A stretch of DNA of 64,000 nt from the NCBI GenBank assembly GCA_040437565.1, contig JBDOQK010000006.1, positions 558,001 to 622,000 of the forward strand, in the 5' to 3' direction. This DNA is from Albugo candida (taxonomy: Eukaryota). Positions 11,058-22,548 of the stretch are shown here, in pieces (the stretch's first letter is position 1; each line of letters starts with the position of its first letter). The notes under the pieces are model-generated. The model was not told where the DNA came from. It saw only the letters and a list, made by a program, of their open reading frames with translations, and made no database searches. Both the position numbers and the translations under genes were made by a program.

Positions 11058-11418
11058 GATCGTGCAGAAATATATATATTCACAGGCTGTGTTGAATCAG
11101 AAAAACAGTAGGATCTTTTCTGGGTGATGATGAAACGATAGTCTATGATTATGTAGCTTCGAAAGTCGTGCAGATTTGATTGCTTTTCGATTCTCCCCAG
11201 CTTTTTTGTAGCAGAATCGACTGGAAAACAGCGGATAGTGTACCGTATTTCCAAGCATTAATTACCTCACATTCCACATAAGATGCGATTATCTGTATCT
11301 AATATTATTCAAAAAAAAGAAAGATGACATTTAGTCGCTTGACGCACTGCTTCTTTTCCAGAAAATAGCATGTAAATATCTCTACAGTACATTCACAAGC
11401 CACTATCTAATTGTGCAA

Positions 11419-13145
11419 ATGGACGCTGCTGAAGAAGATATTGAGATCTTTACTGATGGAGAACTGGAGAAAGATGTAGGGTAATTCGTAGATAGATTGA
11501 TGTTGATTTGTATCGGTGGACGACAAAAATGCTCACAGTTCGATGTTCATGCTACAGCTCAACGCAAAAGAAAGTTTGACCAAAAATCCGTGGGACTGGT
11601 GGAAGCTCTTTTCTGCTTCCTACACGGAATGTGTGGAAAGCCTCATTTCTCCTCCTCGTCCAAAATATCTCACCGCGCAATTGGGTCCGAATCGGGAGGA
11701 GATATTGCACTCGTCCGATAGCTCGCTCAGAAATAAATGCATCGTCCGTGAAGATTTACGGCTTCGAAATACACGAAATGAATGGATGGAATGCAGCTTT
11801 TGGACCACAAATCGTGAGAGCGGGGATCCCATTTTTGAGCAGCCGTGCATTATATACGTTCATGGTATCTCATCCTCACGGCTAGAAGCTTTATACATTC
11901 GACACGCAGTTCTTGGAGCTGGATTTTCTTTCTTTGCGTTTGATTGTGCGGGTTCTGGTAGGTGTGCGCTGCTACTCACACTTTAGGTTGGTCTCAATGA
12001 GTCGTTTTCGTTATGTAGGAGTCTCAGAAGGAAAATACATCTCATTCGGCTACAATGAAAAAAATGACTTGCGGACGGTGGTTGAGTACTTGTATTGTGT
12101 CAAGTCAGTGCCTAAAGTCGGGATATGGGGAAGATGTATGGGTGGTGCTTCTACGCTTATGTTTCTGCGTGAGGCTACCAGGTTCAGATTCTTTACGGTT
12201 CATGTCAAGGCGTCCGAATTTGCAACATTACCGCTGTACTATTGTCACGCAACGAAACGACTACTTTGCCCAACAGCGATGCTCACTAGATCTTGTTCTA
12301 CTTTATTGGTATCATGGAATGCTCAAATGGAGAGGGCGATGTTGAAGAAAAAGAAAAACTCTCGTCTGGTAACGGATGCAATGTTGGAGATTCTATCAGT
12401 CAATGGCGAAGATGTCAGAGGACAAGACCCATCCACGGTCCGTCATATCACTAGTAAATTCACAAAGACATCGAACAATACTCTTTTGATTCGAGGAATA
12501 CAGTCACTAGCCAAACATGAAGGTAGCGTGGCATGTTTGCTGCTTCTACTTGATACATTGCTTACGATGACTCTTGTTGCGTATTCTGTAGAGCATGAAA
12601 ACTCTTTTATCTTTGCGATTGCACTGGATAGCGTCTATTGTGACTTGAGTCGGATGCTTGTGGATATGCTGAGGGAAGTTTTAAAAAGTGCTAATAAGCG
12701 CAGCCTCCGTTTTCCTCCAGGCACCAATACAGCAGGTGCGCTTTCTCCATGCTGCTTTCTCAGTAATTCTCACTTAGTTTTACTGGTCCAGCTTCGAAGA
12801 TCATTGCTCATTCCATTTCCAAAGTTGCTGGATTCTCTGTTGGAGATGTGAAACCCATTCATGCATTGGAAAATACTCATCTCCCTTGCCTCTTTGTGCA
12901 TTGTTCCGAAGTGGATTTCGTAAGACCGGAGTACACGATCCAAATGTTTGAGGAATACAGCAGCAAGCACAAAATGTGCCTCTCATTCGATGGATCACAT
13001 CATCAAAATCGGCCCCAATTCATACTCGATCAAGTCTGTTCTCATTTTCAGACACAGTTTGCGAGAAGTGTCGAATAATGAAACGTACCGCTTCCACCTG
13101 CAGGCAATCATTTGGTTTGGATCCAATTATATATCAAAGCACTGA
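11419..13145 (+). CDS. Alpha/beta-fold hydrolase (YqkD/S33-like), multi-exon
   Basis: IIYVHGISSSRLEA, FAFDCAGSG|VSEGKYISFG..EKNDL, GIWGRCMGG, LDSVYCDL, PCLFVH...DFV, FDGSH across exons; exon edges approximate. Confidence 0.8.
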
Positions 13146-13514
13146 TTTTTGCTGAGATTTCTGTACTTGTGCATATGTATAACGGCTCTTCCCCGATCGA
13201 ATACAAATCATTACAAAGCGTTTTCTGGCATCGCCTTTCACTAATTTCCCATTTCGTATCGCTACATCGATGAATCTAGTCCTATTCCAAAGAGCTTGCC
13301 TGCATGCATTGATGATGCTTCAATTGAAATCATGCATATCATCCAAATCATCTTCACTCAGACAACACCGCATCGCGCGGAAACGCTATCTCGATTAAAA
13401 TAGTACGATAAAGCNNNNNNNNNNNNNNNNNNNNNNNNNNNNNNNNNNNNNNNNNNNNNNNNNNNNNNNNNNNNNNNNNNNNNNNNNNNNNNNNNNNNNN
13501 NNNNNNNNNNNNNN

Positions 13515-14005
13515 TGGGCTTAGCTCTGTTCAATTGCAGCGTAGTCTAGTTGCAGTACCTAATCGTAATTACTATAACCTGTTTTGTTATTTTGGTAGTT
13601 ATCTATATTAGGAGATGCTTTGGAAGACTGCTATTATTATTGGTTACGTTATAATGCTATTTGCTGCGGTAATAGCGATTACAGCCACTACTGGTGATAC
13701 TTTATTCATATGTATCTGATACGCTGGAAAGCGACAATTATGACATAATAGTTTACTGCGATCTCACTGGAAGTAGAAAGAGATATGAAGTCAAAAGATG
13801 CACGGACTAGAGAAGACGATGGTATATATTATCTGCTTTCAAAATATGAAGGCTTAGCGTGAATTTGGACGTAGCTATCTAGTTTGAACCAAATATATTT
13901 TCACGCATCCTCAGTACAACATGGAGACATGTAATTGTTCTCATTCTCGGACCCAAAATTGCCGTTCCAACAGCTCTCTTGTAACAATAAATTCCCCATT
14001 CCCAC
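13515..14005 (+). repeat. Dispersed repeat 'X', copy 1
   Basis: 13515-13623 is the exact reverse complement of 57817-57925; 13683-13727 matches the reverse complement of ~40404-40448, with weaker collinear similarity continuing to ~14005 versus ~40080. Confidence 0.7.
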
Positions 14006-14347
14006 CGCCTCTTTTCAATGCACAACGCCAAGTCTAGGCGGCCTTTAATCTAAAGTTTCTCGCCGGTATGTGTATATTGTCAAGGTGATGGCAACATAAG
14101 TGTCTATTGCATGGAAAGGTGCAAGTATCCAAGGCGATATGAAGAAATATTGAGCGAGGAGAAGAGAGGAAGCAAGGAATTTGAGACGTAAATGTCTTCG
14201 TACGACCCCATCGACTCCGGAAGAGCTAGTGTTGTTGAAGAAACCAGAATGACGTGATGAGGTTGATGATATACATGAGAAGTACATTCACTGTGTGTGG
14301 AGGCTCAAAAGTGCTTTAGGCTCGCAACTTGCAAAATTCATCCAGAA

Positions 14348-15330
14348 GGTTATGCGCCCAACGATGATATAGACGTGAAGTGATAAGCAAAGAAAGATCT
14401 TTCGCATACGAAATCAACGCCGGTATGACTTTAGCAAACGAGAGCCTCAAAATTCACGATCGTGGCTGATTCAACAATAGCAGCATAGGAAGTCAAAGAC
14501 ATTAAGACGTCGCTACCATTGCCGCGATGATCGGTCAAACTGTTAGCCAGCGATTCGTACTGCACCAAATGCGGCTGAAGCGTGGTAAATTTCAGTATCT
14601 TTTTATGTTGGACGGAAAACACATAATCGGATTGGAATGCGATAAAGAGAACAAAAGTCCAATATGATGAAAGGTGGCCGCACTTTGGAGCATTTCATAA
14701 AGTTGATGAGCGCGAAAATGTCTACGATTAGGGACCGTATGGGGCATGACGTGCAGGTCATCTTCCTGATGAGCAGTCTGTCGGATGAATAAGATATGAT
14801 CATGCGGATGATGGAGAACATTCCGCACATACAATTAATGTAATCCAAAACATGCTGCAGCGTCAATACAATTCCTCACAATGGAAGAAAATAAACGAGT
14901 TGGCTCCGAAAGCGGCCTCGATTATTATAGGCTTGCCAGCCAAGCAATCATCAATAAATAGCATGACGGAAATTTGAAGAATTTCATCTCAAGTGTTTTG
15001 ATGTACTCGGGTTGGTCATAGGAGACCAGGATTTCGACGATTCCACCTTCAATCGGAAAAATTCCAAGCAGGGAACATGCGTTATGACATTAGCTGGCAC
15101 CCCGAATTATCGGTGCGGGCGGAGCCGTGCCAGCAGACGCCCGCATTCATTTGGAAAAAGTATGGATGTACAGGCATTGAACATCACAGTGGCAATTGAC
15201 GGGCAATTGGAACTTCGGAGTACTGGAATAGGATAGTTTGTTGAAAAAAGTGTACGTACCAATGATTTTATGTCTTCTGCTACCAGGATTGCACTATCGA
15301 CAGCTGTCGGCGACCAAGAGAACTTCAAAT
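14348..15330 (+). mobile_element. Degenerate Ty1/copia LTR-retrotransposon (PBS, gag, protease remnant)
   Basis: GGTTATGCGCCCA at 14348 resembles the copia PBS GGTTATGGGCCCA; stop-riddled gag (UBN2-like) AIRTAPNAAEAW*..FYVGRKTHNRIGMR*..MMKGGRTLEHFIKL..QVIFLMSSLSDE*DMIMRMMENI; protease-adjacent ITVAIDGQLELRSTGIG. Confidence 0.75.
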
Positions 15331-16925
15331 CAAGGTTGAAAAAATGGGTCTGACGTCAAGAAAGCACAGCGATACCTTGGCTCGACGCAAAGAAATAGGC
15401 AAGATGTATATTCCGCGATATGCAATGGCTATATAATATGCCAATCAGGCATATGATAGACGATACTTTTTGCGATTATTGTATACGCGTTAAGACATAC
15501 TTTTCATTCGTAGGTATGTGAGCCTGTATCATTGAGGAACTGGGTATGATACCGTTCCCAAGATGCGATAGAGGGGTCTCAACTACAGCTACAGTCGAAC
15601 TCACACACATAAGCACAACCAAAGTAAAAAAAGTTTAGGTATCAAATGGGTGCTCAAAACAGAGAGATTCCAATGCAAGTACTACGTTATAAGAGGAGAC
15701 TGCTCGAGACATGGCTACGGGACAAGCAGCATGCGTAATTTACTTCGAGACGTACTCACCGATTACAAAATTGAACTCGATTCGAGGATTTATGGCAATA
15801 TGTCGCCACGGAGCTATTACTATCGCCAGTATGACGGGAATACTAAATGGTGCTTTGATTCTTGTCTTATGTATGGTCTGAGGCAAGCAAATATCAAACG
15901 GTACATGATGATAATGAATCTATGTGGTACTTGAGTCGGATACAACGATGCAGTACGAGCTCATACATTTTCATTTAAAAGTCTTAGTGACTTCACGTAC
16001 ATTGCAATCTACGATGTGTTTTCTGGAGTACGAAGTTCAAATGCGATCAAGTCCATTGTTTTGCTGTCAAAGCACCACTTTACGCTGTATACTATAGGTC
16101 AAGCATGATTTATCCTCGTCTAAAAAGTCGAGTAAAGCCAGAGTAAGAGAGTGATGAAGATGTTATAGCCAGCATTCATTTCGATTAGGGTCGAGGCTAA
16201 TCTATAAACTTGCCACTTAAGGTCAGGTATTGTTGAAATCTTCAACAAGGACGCACAAATACGCAAACGACCTTTTTGATTCTTACGTGAATGGTTGTTA
16301 TACATTGGAAATGGCAAAATAACAAGCCATTACGTCACGGTATTGTCAGTTGACTCGACATCTTGATCAACTACTGAGGTACAATCGAATGCTAGGCTTC
16401 CAATATTACGATTTCTGAACCCAATTGAGTCAAGTGGATTCTCCTGTCGATCTGGTCAACATGTGCAGCTTTGCGCTCACAGCGATTTAATTTAGTTTGG
16501 ACTACCTCAGAGTGAAACTGACGGGTCCGCGGAAGGTATCAAGGTGATAATGAATGGAATTGAACAATCTACTAATCAATAATTGATAGCTTGAGATTAT
16601 AAAGTCATTGTGCTCATCAATGAATATACTTTTCACTCTTTATGGTAACAGGATGTCGTGGAAGAAATCGACTCGTGGTATGCTCAATTCAATTGTCAGA
16701 TGGCAAATTGAAAGCCGAAGAAATATTTTACTAACACCAAATTCGAAGTCGTGACCTCATTGCATTGCTAGTATCAGAAGTTCGAATTCCTGATTCCATT
16801 ATACCAATGCAGGTTCACAACACTTGAGACAATTTCGAACGCGGCCTAGAGAAACTTATGCCTTCTCCGAAAGCAGTGTACGTAATTGAAGCTATCATCT
16901 TTACAGTCAGCTAGCTTATCACATA

Positions 16926-19155
16926 TCATCTCAAAAGCCTGTATTTCAAATTCACATTATGATATTCTTTCCGGATAGGGAGATACTGGGACAAAAAGTC
17001 GTGAACTGGAAGGTGTCCATCGACGAAAGAGTCTGCTAGCTGCTCGGAATTCATCTCCTTTTTCCTAATTGCATTTGATACGCTCTTCGACAATGCATCG
17101 GGCTTGTTACGCTGGATATTCACGATCAAATCAAAACGAAAGTAGCCATCTCATTTGTAGAATCATATACCGAGTATACTTCACGTTGCCGACCGTGTTT
17201 GCCTGCGAGCTCCTCTTCTGTGCATAAAATCTCGCTTCTGAGAAGCCGATTTTTCTCCTGTAAGTGCTTCATAAGAGGCTCGTTCTCGAGAGTTACGTTT
17301 GCGGTCTTGACGTTTGCTTCGATGATCTCTTCTCGAGCCTTCCGAAAGGCTTTCACAGGTGTCAACTTTAGTACAATATCCCGAAGAGCTTCCGGATCAG
17401 ACTTTAACTGTTCCAATTCACTCAGACTTTTAAGAGAAGAGCGTATAAAGATTTGTTGCTTGCAAAAAGTGACTGAGAACAACATACGATAGACTTTCCA
17501 GCTGTGGGAATTCTGTTGGTATGCAAGGCATCTGTATTTGTTGTGATTGTCTAGCAGGCGATGATTCAAAACGTTGCGATGCGGTGGGTTCTTTGGACTC
17601 TGGGTGAGGTGATACATCTTCGACGAAACGGGAGTCAATTGTAGTCGTAATCCCAGAATGCACCGTAGCTGTTACGGCTTCTCTCAAAACAGCGTTTTTG
17701 AGTTCTCGATATATTTCATTGACTACACATGAGCACTGGATAAATAACGATCAACACCTTTTGCTCAAATACTTATTGTTCCCATATTGGATTGAGGCGT
17801 CCATTGATAAAGACTGGGATGTGAAGTGACTAAACCACTAACGCTGAGCCAGCTATGTTTTACTGGAATGGTTGCCTAATCATGTAAAATTTCATAAGCC
17901 GGTAAATCGAAAAAAAGAAGCGAATCCGGTGCACCTGGACACTCGGTGGAATAGCTGGAAACCGAGGGTGTAGTGTGCTATCGAGCGTTCTTACTCCATA
18001 TGCCATGTCCTGAATAGAAGTGGCTCTTACATGATCAAATCAAGCCTTCCACTGGTCGTGTCAGCAACGTGCATGATAAAAGACTTGTGCTGACTATTTT
18101 GCGGTCGACATCCCACTTCGATAAGGTTTCTTATTTGCCACGAGCGTCTATAAAAATCGTTACACAACACTTATGACAGTCATGGTATTTCTTTTATAAT
18201 TTGGTGGCATACATGATATCGAGATCGTNNNNNNNNNNNNNNNNNNNNNNNNNNNNNNNNNNNNNNNNNNNNNNNNNNNNNNNNNNNNNNNNNNNNNNNN
18301 NNNNNNNNNNNNNNNNNNNNNNNNNNNNTGTTGCTTGCAAAAAGTGACTGAGAACAACATACGATAGACTTTCCAGCTGTGGGAATTCTGTTGGTATGCA
18401 AGGCATCTGTATTTGTTGTGATTGTCTAGCAGGCGATGATTCAAAACGTTGCGATGCGGTGGGTTCTTTGGACTCTGGGTGAGGTGATACATCTTCGACG
18501 AAACGGGAGTCAATTGTAGTCGTAATCCCAGAATGCACCGTAGCTGTTACGGCTTCTCTCAAAACAGCGTTTTTGAGTTCTCGATATATTTCATTGACTA
18601 CACATGAGCACTGGATAAATAACGATCAACACCTTTTGCTCAAATACTTATTGTTCCCATATTGGATTGAGGCGTCCATTGATAAAGACTGGGATGTGAA
18701 GTGACTAAACCACTAACGCTGAGCCAGCTATGTTTTACTGGAATGGTTGCCTAATCATGTAAAATTTCATAAGCCGGTAAATCGAAAAAAAGAAGCGAAT
18801 CCGGTGCACCTGGACACTCGGTGGAATAGCTGGAAACCGAGGGTGTAGTGTGCTATCGAGCGTTCTTACTCCATATGCCATGTCCTGAATAGAAGTGGCT
18901 CTTACATGATCAAATCAAGCCTTCCACTGGTCGTGTCAGCAACGTGCATGATAAAAGACTTGTGCTGACTATTTTGCGGTCGACATCCCACTTCGATAAG
19001 GTTTCTTATTTGCCACGAGCGTCTATAAAAATCGTTACACAACACTTATGACAGTCATGGTATTTCTTTTATAATTTGGTGGCATACATGATATCGAGAT
19101 CGTTCGTCGACGATACTTGGTCTCGGGATGTATTCGAGAATCGAAAAAAATTCAT
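16926..19155 (-). CDS. VPS37: ESCRT-I VPS37-like protein (Mod(r) domain; probable N-terminal UEV-like region)
   Basis: IPTEFPQLESLS..ELEQL..D and SEQLADSFVDGHLPVHDFLSQYLPIRKEYH (Mod_r); multi-exon; candidate ATG at 19155; span inflated by the gap-flanking duplication. Confidence 0.75.
17454..19103. repeat. Exact 775-bp duplication flanking a gap (probable assembly artifact)
   Basis: 17454-18228 = 18329-19103 across a 100-N gap. Confidence 0.85.
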
Positions 19156-20290
19156 TGTTTTCTTGATCGAACCTACCCGTAAACCCGATAAGTTCACCGA
19201 ACAACGTCTAGCTTCTTACATCTTTACAAAGCGGCCGCGCAAGCTTCACGAGGGCATGTGCGTGTAACGTGCCCATCGTCGTACACTTCATTATTCTCCC
19301 GGGGAAAAGAGCAACAATGGGACTTGGAAAGCTGAACATAGGCCTAAGCTGGTGTACATAGATCTTAAGTGAAGTATTTTGAATGTTTTATCAGCTCAAA
19401 TGGAACGAGATTGCCTGAACTAAGCTCGCCGGGCATGTCATGATAGGCATTAGCACTTGTGTTAGGGCATCGCGCTCGTTCTTGATCAATGTTCTACCCA
19501 AGGTTCCATTCAATACATCGATGGCGATGAATGTACAACTTTGGATAGGGATGATTAGTGTATGCTGCATCTTAAAGGAGATTCAATTCCGCTACTATGC
19601 TAACAAAGCCCTGCGGGAGCAGCTGCCTGTGACATGGCAACGCTGTATCACGGTTGATATAAGCCTCGCAAAAAATGTATTTTTCCATATCTTTATAGAT
19701 GATCGTGGACACTCGGCAACATTACAGCTCCAGGCTTGTCCAGCGGCAACTCGACAATATGAAACCTTTTTATTGAAATAGTACTTTTAACTGCGCAGTA
19801 GATTTCTAAGGTATTTAGTGCGTACATGTTTGTTCCATCTTTACTCACTGCAGAAGACAGTATTTGGCAGATTTAGTATGAATGCTTTTTAAAAATTCTG
19901 TTTTGGGAACTATTTTTCATCAGGTAGGTTATTGTTCTTGGATTTGTTTTGCAATTCAAATATTGCTACCTCAAAAGCCGAGTTTTTTCCGATGTTTACT
20001 CTACTTGACCTCGTGTCATCTGCGAATAAATAATCTAGCATTCTCGAATTTACGTCCCTGTGCTCATACTAGCAAGCATGGTAAAAGGTTGACTTTGAAT
20101 TGGAAGTTTGCTATGCCTCAATGGGTATGTCCCATTTTGTGTGTCCTTTGCATCAATTTTCTCATTGTAAAGGACACACAAAATGAGATATACCCATTGA
20201 GCATATCTCATTCACTAATTCCGCTTCTGATTTCGGTTCTAATCGGTTGCAAGTGCGGCTTCCTTCCGATATCAATGTCTGCAATCAGCA

Positions 20291-21300
20291 TGCAGAATCA
20301 TCCTGAAAGCCTTGCGAAGGTCAGGCCAACATGTGTCTGTGTCGTTCCTTTTCGGAATGCAACACCAGCGACTACGAACCATGCTGGCGGATGATATTTT
20401 CTGCGCACACCTCCGACGGTGACAGCGCCATCACCAATCCAGCAGCGCCTGTCTCCATAGCGCGAACCAACGTTTCAAGAAATACGACGACGTCTAAATG
20501 TGGCACATCAATCCTACAAATGCAATAAATACGACCACGAATCGACGATAGCCCCAATTGCACCAGCATCTCCAGCAGTGACTCGCGTCAATAGTCCCGT
20601 AATGCTGCGGATGCGCGCGCAACAGCGGTCCCCCTGGAGAAAGATTGTCGTCAGCGACACGAACTCCAGTCATGCCGGCAACTCCAACAGAAAAGAAACC
20701 GCGACTGAGGGAATCAGCGCAACTCAAATATGAAAACGTTCAATTATCGCGCTCTCTGGATTCAAAGACAACCCAACTTCAAAGTGCTGCACAGTGTACA
20801 ACAACTGGTACAACTTATCAACAAAACCATATGATCGATATGTAGCACAAGGACATTTTCAAGACTTCATAATTGACGGATACACAACGGGATCTTGTGC
20901 ACAAGGATCGAAATTCGACGGAGCAACTCTACCGAAAGCTATATCAACGCGACCAATCAAAGATGGAGGAGCTAGAGAAAGCCGATTTGAAGCTTGAAGC
21001 AGATGGGGTGGAGTCAAGGGGAATGCTTGAAGATTTCAAAGCATTAATGGAGAATGAGCTCAAATAGTTGGGAAGTAACAAAACAGATATAAATGAAAGT
21101 ATGTTCAATGGAAAAGGATGGATATACCAATTGCATCCAAGGAGATATAACGTATGGGCATCAAGTGCATTCGGAAAATGACCCCATTCCGTCATTGAAG
21201 GTACATAATCACATGGGTGAATTTGAAACTCAAGAACAGCGAATACAACAATCACATACAATCACATACTATAAGTGCAACTGGATCGGATGCGTATTGA
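20291..21300 (+). pseudogene. Possible decayed gene (Pro/Ser-rich region then coiled coil)
   Basis: Consecutive frameshifted protein-like fragments (TPVMPATPTEKKPRLRESAQLKYENVQLSRSL; QRDQSKMEELEKADLKLE..LMENELK*); no family recognised. Confidence 0.25.
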
Positions 21301-22470
21301 CTCGGTCGGCAGCGAACAGAACTAGCACGACGTTGCATGCAATCAGAAAGCAAGAAATCAGCGCATTTGTTCACGACCTCATCACGTCGTTATGGATACA
21401 ATGGGAAGGTATTGGGAGAGTTTTGATGATCTCATTACGCCATCTGTTGTTTGTCCATGCTGCTTGATCAGTGCCTATTAAATGAGAAGCTAGCGTATTT
21501 GAAGCTTATCGTCCTATTACCTCTTGTCCGTTTCCTACATTCATGATCGTAATTTACCAAAAGGCGCTTCATCCGGTAATACAATGCTCATAATTGAAAA
21601 TTTGCTGAAAAAATTCTTACGCTCTGCAGTCAACAAATTCACAAACCATTTGTATTTATTATGAGCGCGTCTGAAGCCAATCAAAATTGTCATCATAATA
21701 TCGACCGATTAAAAAAGCTTCTCCAGGAGTGGTTACCCTTTATGATAGGTGCAAAGAAAGAGCATTGATATTTTATGATCTCGACGCGCTTTTCACAATG
21801 CAGCAAGCTGAGTGAGTGTGGCTGTCTGCCGCATGTAAGACATTAGCTGTTGGGAGCGCACCAGATTCAATTTAAAATAAGTACGAGCTTTCTATTAACC
21901 TACATTAGCTCCAAACGAGAATCGGAAGAGGATATCATTCAGATCCAGCTTCCAGCCATTAAACGCTTGAAATAAAGTATTCTTTGTTTACTATATTCGT
22001 ACAAATACATCTTGCTGTCCGAAGTACACAGCCAACTCTCACTGCGATGAGTGGAATATCTTCTGCGTAAATTAAGAGTGCGGCCTGCCCGGAATAAATG
22101 TGAATTGGAAGCACATGCCCGTAGTTTTCTTGAAGTAGCCTCGGGCCTATATCTGGCTCCCGGCAGTCATCAAGAAAGGAGATCAATAATCAACAAAGCC
22201 GCTACGAAATGAAAACTACAGCTCACTCGCTAACTCTATTTGTGGTCAAATAAAAGCGGCTTGTATCGGCAACTGTTTCTCGATACTACACATCGTACCA
22301 TGTTGTTATATATTTTAATTGCGTTTGTATGTGTGTTCGCTGAGCCGAGACCATTAGCATCTACCTCGGCAAGCACGAGATTATCTAACGGTATCATGAT
22401 CGAAATTCAAAGCTCTGCCTAGTAGGCATCTACGTTTTTACGCATCCAGCCAGACCCATCTTAGCGCGCT

Positions 22471-22485
22471 CTCATTCAGCATTTT
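22471..22485 (+). promoter_or_regulatory. Candidate oomycete Inr+FPR core promoter
   Basis: CTCATTCAGCATTTT approximates the oomycete TCATTY..CAWTTY element; ends ~64 nt before the ATG at 22549. Confidence 0.35.
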
Positions 22486-22548
22486 AGATGACCTAGTCTT
22501 CGACGATTTGATTGGTGCTTTCAAATGTCCTATGATCCAGCCAACTAG

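Noticed and set aside
19270-20290. ORFs 19440-19781 and 19882-20394
   Set aside because: No recognisable motifs or splice support; cannot be called as genes.
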